Shown here: piece by piece, positions 9,811 to 16,726 of the stretch | How the letters are laid out: every line of letters starts with the position of its first letter | Numbering within the stretch: position 1 is the stretch's first letter | Origin: an uncultured Alphaproteobacteria bacterium | GTDB taxonomy: Bacteria > Pseudomonadota > Alphaproteobacteria > HIMB59 > GCA-002718135 | Reading direction: 5' to 3' | Assembly (NCBI GenBank): GCA_902541435.1 | Contig: CACBQR010000001.1 | Location: 58,240 to 122,239 of the forward strand | Length of the DNA stretch: 64,000 bases | Made by a program: the position numbers and the translations under genes | Notes under the pieces: generated by a model | What the model saw: the letters and a program-made list of their open reading frames with translations, nothing else | Told to the model about the DNA's origin: nothing | Database searches by the model: none

Positions 9811-11286
9811 TTATAAATGAGGGTTGGTGTAAATAGGCCAAATTTTTCTTTTTAATTTAATATACTTATTTTTTTTTGGATTATTTGGATAAATACCATT
9901 TATTGAAGCATAAATTATTTCAGATACATGTGGCTTAAAAGATTTATAAAAATGATTTGTGGATTTAACAATGATAATATTTTTTTTTGAGATATTTATA
10001 CCTAACTTACTAAATAGATCTGTTGAAAATGTTTGGCATCTATTTGAATTTAATACAACTTCAATTCCATCAAAGGTAATACAAGCGCTATCTCCCATCG
10101 GTACAAGAGAACTACCAAATTTTTGATAAACATTTTTTTTTATTTTTTTAACAAATACTTTTTTATGTATTGGCCCTCCTGATTCTTTCATAATTTTTGA
10201 TCCAAAATTTAAATTTATCTCTTTATTTTCTCCTGCTTCGTGACACAATTTAACAGCTAAAGGATCCCAAATAGAGCCTAGGGCGATATTTTTTAACTTC
10301 ATTGATATTGCTTTTTTAATTAAGGTAGTTGAATCTCCAGATACTCCTCCACCAGGATTATCCCAAATATCAGCAATTAAAATAGGTTTTTTATTTTTTT
10401 TTGATAATTTTTTAGCTTCTTTCAAAGAGTTTGTTGCTGAGAATGTTTTTGGTGCTAAATTTTTTCTTTTACTAAAAAGACTCATCCCTAATTCATAAGA
10501 TATTTTGTCACCATATTTTTTTTTATTATTTGTTATGACTACTATTTTGGCTCCTAGATCAGGAGAGTCTCCAGCCATAAAACCATGAATAACTGAAATT
10601 GATAATATATGACTTTTATTTTCTAATAATTTAATTTTATCTATAAAGGATCTCATTGGTTCTTTGCTTGTAGGTAAAATAGTCATCATTTTAACATCAA
10701 ATACAGAAATTTTAGGTTTGATATTTTTATTGAATGTTTTGATAGATAAATTTATACAATTTTTAGCTGTCTCTACAAAATCTGTATGAGGAAATTCTTT
10801 AAACACTGTTAAAATGTTAGTATTAGTAATAAATTTTTTACTTAAATGACTATGAGGATCAAAAGTTACACCTATAACAACATCTGAACCAACTATTTTT
10901 CTAATATTTTTTAATAGATCTCCCTCACAGTCTACGCAGTTTTTAGCTATCATTGCTCCATGTAAACCTAAAAGAACTATATCCAATTTACCTGCATTTT
11001 TTATTTCTTTTAGAATTAATTTTTTTAAATCATTCCATGTTTTTGAATCAATTAATCCACCTGGCTCAGCCCAAGTAGCAGTGCCTTCTATTAATTTAAT
11101 TTCACCATTAGCTTTTCTTTTTCTTAATAGTGGAAAGAGGGCAGAGCATAAAGTTGGTGTTTTGGGATGATGATATGGTTTTGCAAAAAATGTTTCTTTA
11201 AAACTTTTCATATTAGTTTTTAGAGGTGAGAATGTATTTGTTTCTGTTGCTAAGGAAGCACAGTAAACTTTAGGTATTTTTTTCAT
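9811..11286 (-). CDS. M81 family metallopeptidase (MlrC-like)
   Basis: 491 aa. The N-terminal ATETNTFSP motif and overall length are typical of MlrC N- and C-domain proteins. Confidence 0.7.
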   Translation of the reverse strand: MKKIPKVYCASLATETNTFSPLKTNMKSFKETFFAKPYHHPKTPTLCSALFPLLRKRKANGEIKLIEGTATWAEPGGLIDSKTWNDLKKLILKEIKNAGKLDIVLLGLHGAMIAKNCVDCEGDLLKNIRKIVGSDVVIGVTFDPHSHLSKKFITNTNILTVFKEFPHTDFVETAKNCINLSIKTFNKNIKPKISVFDVKMMTILPTSKEPMRSFIDKIKLLENKSHILSISVIHGFMAGDSPDLGAKIVVITNNKKKYGDKISYELGMSLFSKRKNLAPKTFSATNSLKEAKKLSKKNKKPILIADIWDNPGGGVSGDSTTLIKKAISMKLKNIALGSIWDPLAVKLCHEAGENKEINLNFGSKIMKESGGPIHKKVFVKKIKKNVYQKFGSSLVPMGDSACITFDGIEVVLNSNRCQTFSTDLFSKLGINISKKNIIIVKSTNHFYKSFKPHVSEIIYASINGIYPNNPKKNKYIKLKRKIWPIYTNPHL

Positions 11287-11307
11287 GATAAATTTAAATT
11301 AAAAATA

Positions 11308-12366
11308 TTATATTTTTTTAGCAGCAGATGTCTCTTTAATATTACTAAGCTTAGTGTATCGATCAATCATTTGAGTAGTTTTATGCCCACTTTGAGCCAT
11401 TATTTCATGAGTTGGTACACCGTTCATTCTAGCTTGAGTAATAGAACCAATTCTTAAACTGTGGCCTGAAATTTTATCACAATTATCTAAATCAGCTTCT
11501 CTTGCTCTTTTTTTAAGTATTAGGACAAAGCTTGTATCTGTAAGACTTATTTTTTGATTTTTATTATTTAGAATATATTTTTCAATATTATTAGCTCTAT
11601 TTATTTTATAGAACAGGGGGCCTTGATCTATTAAAGCTACTTCTAACCAATCTTTCAGTGCTTTTACTGGACAATAATCATTATTAGTTTTGGGAAGGTA
11701 TATCATTCTTCCTTCACCTTTTTGATCAGTCTTGGAAAAAGGTATCAATACCTGAACACCATCCTCTTCAAAATTTAAATGTTCATATTTCATACCTAAA
11801 AGCTCAGATCTTCTACAAAAACTATAAAAACCTATTAAAATAAGAGCTCTATCTCTTATGTTTCTAAAATCTTCGTTATTATTTGGAATTTTATCAATAA
11901 TTTTTTCAATATCTGCTTTTAGCAACTCTCTTGCTTGACCAGATTTATTATTTTTTTCATCTCTAACAATTGCACTAATTGTTTCAGAGATATTTGGATT
12001 TTTTCTATCAAATTGAAAACCGTTAACTCTATATTTATATGTAATAGATGCTAAGATTCTTTGTATAGTGGAAGCTTTATAGGCAGTAGAGGAGTAGGGG
12101 TTGTTATTTACATTTTCTCTACCCGGTATGTTGCTAGATCCTTTGAGTATTTTCGCCTCCGGATCTTCATGAAGCCAATCCATATAATTAGCTGTTAATG
12201 CGTAAGCACTATCTAGATCATCAACATCTAAAGGACTGCAATTGTATTTATTTTTGCAATAATCTATAAATTTTAACCAATCTCCCTGATACTTATCCTG
12301 AGTGTTTTTAGCTTTGGATTTTTCCTTTAGTTTACTTACGTTTTCATTTAGTGATATTTTAACCAT
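11308..12366 (-). CDS. Tyrosine site-specific recombinase/integrase
   Basis: Catalytic-domain motifs RDRALILIGFYSFCRRSEL (Arg) and GHSLRIGSITQARMNGVPTHEIMAQSGHKTTQMIDRYTK (H-x-x-R ... H ... Y). Confidence 0.85.
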   Translation of the reverse strand: MVKISLNENVSKLKEKSKAKNTQDKYQGDWLKFIDYCKNKYNCSPLDVDDLDSAYALTANYMDWLHEDPEAKILKGSSNIPGRENVNNNPYSSTAYKASTIQRILASITYKYRVNGFQFDRKNPNISETISAIVRDEKNNKSGQARELLKADIEKIIDKIPNNNEDFRNIRDRALILIGFYSFCRRSELLGMKYEHLNFEEDGVQVLIPFSKTDQKGEGRMIYLPKTNNDYCPVKALKDWLEVALIDQGPLFYKINRANNIEKYILNNKNQKISLTDTSFVLILKKRAREADLDNCDKISGHSLRIGSITQARMNGVPTHEIMAQSGHKTTQMIDRYTKLSNIKETSAAKKI

Positions 12367-12375
12367 AATATATAT

Positions 12376-12397
12376 TACGATAATTACAGTTATCGTA
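12376..12397. repeat. Perfect 8-bp inverted repeat TACGATAA-N6-TTATCGTA just upstream of the integrase start
   Basis: Read directly from the sequence, 10-31 nt upstream of the integrase ATG. Possible operator or recombinase-binding site. Confidence 0.3.
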
Positions 12398-12518
12398 AAT
12401 AATAGTCAATAGAAAAATAATATTTATATATATCAATAGTTTATATATATTATCTAAATATATTTATAATATTACAAACTAGATATAGATTTTCACGTGT
12501 AATAAAATACTGTATATA

Positions 12519-13253
12519 GTGTATCAAATGGAACAATTACCGCAGATTTCAGCTGATTCCCAGATCTTTATATTAACGGGTGCTGGTATAAGTAAAGAGT
12601 CTGGGATTGAAACTTTTAGAGACTCAGATGGACTTTGGAATAACCATAGGATTGAGGATGTTGCCAGTCCCGAAGGTTTCTATAGAAACCCTACTCTTGT
12701 CTATGATTTTTATAATAAACGTCGAAAAGAACTAAATTCAGGAATTAAGCCAAATAAGGCTCATATTTTACTTCATGAATTAGAAAAAACATATAAAATT
12801 CATATAGTTACACAGAATATCGATAATTTACATGAGATTGGAGGATCATCATCAATAATTCATATGCACGGTGAGCTAAATAAGGCGAGATGTATAATGA
12901 ATGATAATCATGTGTTTGAGTGGATAGAGGACCTAAATGAAACCCATAAATGCCCTAAATGCGGCTCTCAAATGAGACCTCACATTGTATGGTTTGGTGA
13001 AATACCAATGCAAATGGATGAAATCCATGATTTAGCCGAACAATCTAGTCTATTTGTTTCTATAGGCACATCAGGACAAGTCTACCCTGCTGCTGGTTTC
13101 GTTTCAATGTTTAAAGATATGGGCAAACCAACAGTTGAATTAAATCTAGAGCCATCAAGTAATCAAAATCAATTTGATTTTGCTATTCATAAACCTGCAA
13201 CAGTTGCCGTTGAAGAATTTAAACATTTACTTTTAAGTAATAAAAAAAACTAA
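12519..13253 (+). CDS. cobB: NAD-dependent protein deacylase, Sir2 family (CobB-like)
   Basis: TGAGISKESGIETFRDSDGLWN NAD-binding motif, QNIDNLHE, catalytic HG(E) and a CPKCG zinc ribbon. The listed start is GTG; an ATG lies at 12528. Confidence 0.8.
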   Translation: MYQMEQLPQISADSQIFILTGAGISKESGIETFRDSDGLWNNHRIEDVASPEGFYRNPTLVYDFYNKRRKELNSGIKPNKAHILLHELEKTYKIHIVTQNIDNLHEIGGSSSIIHMHGELNKARCIMNDNHVFEWIEDLNETHKCPKCGSQMRPHIVWFGEIPMQMDEIHDLAEQSSLFVSIGTSGQVYPAAGFVSMFKDMGKPTVELNLEPSSNQNQFDFAIHKPATVAVEEFKHLLLSNKKN

Positions 13254-13336
13254 TTTATTCACGTTATTAAATTTTTTTTAACAAAAAAATTTTTCTAGAA
13301 CTTTCTTTATAAAGAATCATTAGCATTAATGTTTTT

Positions 13337-13792
13337 ATGACAAGAAAACGTCCTGATTACACTGAAGCACGTAATTATTACATAAAAGGAGAGAGAAATG
13401 AGTACCCTACTCTTCAAGATATCGCTACAGAATTCAATTATTCTTTATCAACACTAAGAAAACAAGCAGCTAATGAAGGCTGGCTTTCAAAAAGAAAAGA
13501 AAGAATTGATCTGAAAGAAACAATAAAGATGAGAAAAGAATTTATGGGAAAAGCATCTAAGCTTACTAATGTTTCCTTCAACGCAATAAGTGCTGCAGAA
13601 TATATAATCAATAAAATTCAAGAAGAACAAAAGCAAATTGAATTAGGAATTAAAATTTTTGATGTACACATAGCTACAAAGCAAATTTGGGCTTTAAATA
13701 ATGCAATGAAACTTGTGGAAAGAGGCCAACAAACACTCGATGAGATTGAAAATGGACACATGTCTCCTATTGAAGACTTTTCTTTTTTATAA
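13337..13792 (+). CDS. HTH protein resembling phage terminase small subunit / YjcR (COG5484)-type
   Basis: N-terminal pattern RKRPDYTEARNYYIKG...TLQDIATEFNYSLSTLRKQAANEGWLSKRKE matches the HTH plus 'W..KR' signature of that family. This is recalled from memory, not searched. Confidence 0.45.
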   Translation: MTRKRPDYTEARNYYIKGERNEYPTLQDIATEFNYSLSTLRKQAANEGWLSKRKERIDLKETIKMRKEFMGKASKLTNVSFNAISAAEYIINKIQEEQKQIELGIKIFDVHIATKQIWALNNAMKLVERGQQTLDEIENGHMSPIEDFSFL

Positions 13793-14398
13793 TTTAAAAT
13801 TCTTATGAATAAATGATCTATCTTGAGGATATAAATAAGTTTCTTCAGTGAAAAATACATCTAATGGTCCTGATACGATATTGTAAATATACTCATCATT
13901 TTTTTTAAGAGTTTTCAAATGTTTGACACGTGACTTATCTGTATTCCAAAAATGGTGTAATATTTTTCCTCTTTCAAAATATAAAACTAAATGTTCCTTA
14001 AAATTATCATCAAAAATACCTTGATTTAAAGCATATCCATGAGGAATTCCGTTTTTAAAAGAACAATAAAAAGTATTTTTTACCTCACTGGTTCTATACT
14101 CCATCATATGCATTAAAGTTGTTCCATTTCTTACACCATTTTTATATTCTGCACTTTCATATTCTCTTAAACCTAAATTTAAAAAATATATTTTTGTATC
14201 TAAATGTCTGCTACAATTGATATTTTCTAAATCGTAATAAATTCCAGATTTATATTCAAAGTTAAATTTTTTATTACCTCTACCGTGTGGAGTTTTATTA
14301 TCTTTCTTGGTATCGCCAGTGTATGTAAAATCTAAAAACTGCTTATCTTTGTCATCAAGAATTCTCTTAATTACAATTTTTTCGTCATCTTTAAACAT
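13787..14398 (-). CDS. MORN-variant repeat protein (YwqK-like), paralog 1
   Basis: G-x-x-HG repeat motifs (TPHGRGNKKF, YKNGVRNGT, FKNGIPHGYA). Roughly 45% identical by eye to the 15679..16287 product, e.g. EHLVLYFERGKILHHFWNTDKSR vs EHLVLYFLNGEIVHHFWCNDKSR. Confidence 0.55.
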   Translation of the reverse strand: MFKDDEKIVIKRILDDKDKQFLDFTYTGDTKKDNKTPHGRGNKKFNFEYKSGIYYDLENINCSRHLDTKIYFLNLGLREYESAEYKNGVRNGTTLMHMMEYRTSEVKNTFYCSFKNGIPHGYALNQGIFDDNFKEHLVLYFERGKILHHFWNTDKSRVKHLKTLKKNDEYIYNIVSGPLDVFFTEETYLYPQDRSFIHKNFKL

Positions 14399-14417
14399 TC
14401 TTAGATACCATATTTAA

Positions 14418-15413
14418 TTATTTGGGTGATAAAAGAAGAAAATGATTGCTTGGACTTTCAGGGATAAAAGCAGGGGTCCATGGGTCATAACCATCTTTGT
14501 ATGCCATAGCTAATTCATAATCATCCATTTCCATATTAGGATATTTTTTTTTAAATTTTTCGTACTTTTCATCTTGTTCAACTCTTTTAAGTTGTTTTTC
14601 TTTATTATTTTTAAAACCCTCATCAAAAATTTCATACATTTTATATTTTCCTGGTTTCATATTTATTTCAAATGCTTCACCAAGAGTCTGAATACACAAA
14701 TTTCCCGATTTAATATTTATATTACAATTAGATTTTATTTTTTTATCTTTATAAAACTCTGTTGATTCTAGTTCTTGCTTAAATTGACAATGATTTAAAA
14801 ATTTATCTATATTAGCTTCTTGAAGCGATATCTCTGCCATACCAAACTCAAATCTGATTAAATTATCAAGAAATTTAGCTATAATATTTCTATTACCTAT
14901 CTTTTCTGCCAATAACAAAAAATTTCTATCAGAAACTTCTCTATCTTTGATTCCAATCATTTTTAATGAAAATGATTTAATCTTCATTAAGTCTAAAATA
15001 TTACAGTTTTCATTAATATTTTCTGTCCTAAACACATTCATGAAATTTAACGTTTCATTTTTTGATTTTTTATAATTTAAAATTTTATATTTTATTAATT
15101 CCTTCATACTTTCATCAATATCAATCTTTTTTCTATAAGATATTTTTGAACTAGTAGTTGAAATAATCAATTCCGTTACTTCTTTTTTATTATTATAGGA
15201 TGAAAAAAATTTAACTCCTCTTTTTATAACATTACCAAAACTACTAAATATCTGAAAGTTTCTATTAAATCTTAAAATTTTATTATCTCTCCCATTTTTG
15301 AATGTCTTTAAAAAATCAATATTATCTGTCTTTAAAGAATCATCAAAAAAATAAATGTATCCTTCATTGTTATTTCTTGGTTCAAGTTCAATACTTTTAA
15401 TTAATTGATACAT
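14418..15413 (-). CDS. Hypothetical protein (331 aa)
   Basis: Long ORF collinear with its neighbours. No family recognised. Confidence 0.6.
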   Translation of the reverse strand: MYQLIKSIELEPRNNNEGYIYFFDDSLKTDNIDFLKTFKNGRDNKILRFNRNFQIFSSFGNVIKRGVKFFSSYNNKKEVTELIISTTSSKISYRKKIDIDESMKELIKYKILNYKKSKNETLNFMNVFRTENINENCNILDLMKIKSFSLKMIGIKDREVSDRNFLLLAEKIGNRNIIAKFLDNLIRFEFGMAEISLQEANIDKFLNHCQFKQELESTEFYKDKKIKSNCNINIKSGNLCIQTLGEAFEINMKPGKYKMYEIFDEGFKNNKEKQLKRVEQDEKYEKFKKKYPNMEMDDYELAMAYKDGYDPWTPAFIPESPSNHFLLLSPK

Positions 15414-15421
15414 AAATAGTT

Positions 15422-15676
15422 TTATTCTAATATTTTTTTTATATCGTCTAATTTAGATTTAAAACTATTTCTTAAACCTTTTATAAGGTCATTATTTTCT
15501 TTTTTTGTTGATTTTAAATACTTACTTATTTTTTTATATTTTTTAAATAAATCAAATAGAGCTTTATCAAATTCATCTTCTTTTTTATTAAACTCTTCAT
15601 TAGCTATTAGAAGCTCCTCCATTTTCTCTTTAGAGGCTGGAGAGTTTCTATTAGGAAATTTTAAAATCTTACCCAT
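15422..15676 (-). CDS. Hypothetical small Lys/Glu-rich coiled-coil protein
   Basis: 84-aa ORF tightly spaced between neighbours (gaps of 8 and 2 nt), suggesting operon membership. Confidence 0.5.
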   Translation of the reverse strand: MGKILKFPNRNSPASKEKMEELLIANEEFNKKEDEFDKALFDLFKKYKKISKYLKSTKKENNDLIKGLRNSFKSKLDDIKKILE

Positions 15677-15678
15677 AT

Positions 15679-16287
15679 TTATTTAAGTTTAAATTTTTTG
15701 TAGTTTGTCCATGATCTATCGTGAGGAAAAATATTATCCTCATCAGTAAACCAAACCTCTAAATCAGTGCTAGTAATATTATAAATCCTGCTATCATGTT
15801 TTTTTAATTTTTTTAAATGTCTATCTCGTGATTTATCATTACACCAAAAATGATGCACTATTTCACCATTTAAAAAATATAAAACCAAGTGCTCTCTAAA
15901 ATTGGTATCATAAATACCTTGTTGTAATGCATACCCATTAATTACTCCATCTGCAAAAGTACAATGAAATAGTGTATTTTCTTCATGATGATCATCTGGT
16001 CTAAAAGCTAATGTTGCTTCTCCATGCCTTAAGCCATTTTTATAATTTGCAGTTTCATCAACTCTTATGCCTAGCCCATATAAGAATACTTGTGTGTTGA
16101 AATCATTAGTGCTTTTCAACATCTCCCAATCATATGTTATTTTTTCGTTATAGATGAATTTCTTTTTACCTTTACCGTGTGGTAAGCCAACTTTGTCTAT
16201 GTCGCCATCATATTTAAAACCCAATATATCTTTATTTTTTTTCTTAAGGATTTTAAAAACTGCATTTCTTTCTGGATCAACAACCAT
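15679..16287 (-). CDS. MORN-variant repeat protein (YwqK-like), paralog 2
   Basis: LPHGKGKKKF, YKNGLRHGEA and FADGVINGYA motifs. Paralogous to the 13787..14398 product. Confidence 0.55.
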   Translation of the reverse strand: MVVDPERNAVFKILKKKNKDILGFKYDGDIDKVGLPHGKGKKKFIYNEKITYDWEMLKSTNDFNTQVFLYGLGIRVDETANYKNGLRHGEATLAFRPDDHHEENTLFHCTFADGVINGYALQQGIYDTNFREHLVLYFLNGEIVHHFWCNDKSRDRHLKKLKKHDSRIYNITSTDLEVWFTDEDNIFPHDRSWTNYKKFKLK

Positions 16288-16424
16288 TATATACTTTCCT
16301 AATATAGAAATTATAAACCATCTTATTTACAATTTCAGCTTTATAAAAAGAAGATTGATTTGATATTGAAATCTTTAGCATTCTGATATTTATCCATATT
16401 ATGGTTTTCAACTAATCAAAATAC

Positions 16425-16607
16425 TCAAAGTTTTTTAAGAGCATAGTATAAAGGTCCTGCACTTAATACTAAACCTATAACAATTTTTACTACTGCGTGT
16501 CCATCAAGTCCAGTATAATAAGGGATTGTAAAAAATAGTTCCATTGCGAGATAAAGAACCCAAAATGAACCAAATAAAACAAGTAATATTTTTAATAATT
16601 TCTTCAT
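16425..16607 (-). CDS. Small two-TM membrane protein (60 aa)
   Basis: Two hydrophobic helices. It is preceded by a GAAAGGAAAAATT-ATG leader that is conserved with the repeat-peptide gene. Confidence 0.55.
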   Translation of the reverse strand: MKKLLKILLVLFGSFWVLYLAMELFFTIPYYTGLDGHAVVKIVIGLVLSAGPLYYALKKL

Positions 16608-16683
16608 AATTTTTCCTTTCGTAAAGTTTATAAATATTAAAACGTTCCTGGTTTTATTTTGTTTGAAATTAATTAAAAAAATG
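16608..16683 (-). promoter_or_regulatory. Conserved 76-nt leader/promoter element, copy 1
   Basis: About 94% identical (4 mismatches, 1 indel) to 22813..22889, whereas the downstream coding sequences are unrelated. The identity includes the SD region and a GGAAC motif. Confidence 0.6.
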
Positions 16684-16726
16684 TAAGTTTTTGAAAAAGC
16701 TTTCCCTCTTTACTAGGAATATTCAA

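Noticed and set aside
12519-13253. Sir2 gene beside the integrase read as a defence-associated Sir2 (DSR, Thoeris or SIR2-HerA type)
   Set aside because: It is a compact 244-aa protein with a complete CobB-like deacylase core and zinc ribbon. It has no fused or adjacent partner domain such as HerA, TIR, pAgo or a long C-terminal sensor.
11308-16287. Prophage or phage-satellite (PICI-like) interpretation
   Set aside because: Only an integrase and a TerS-like HTH protein are present. There are no capsid, portal, large terminase, primase/replicase or repressor genes, and no att repeats were found.
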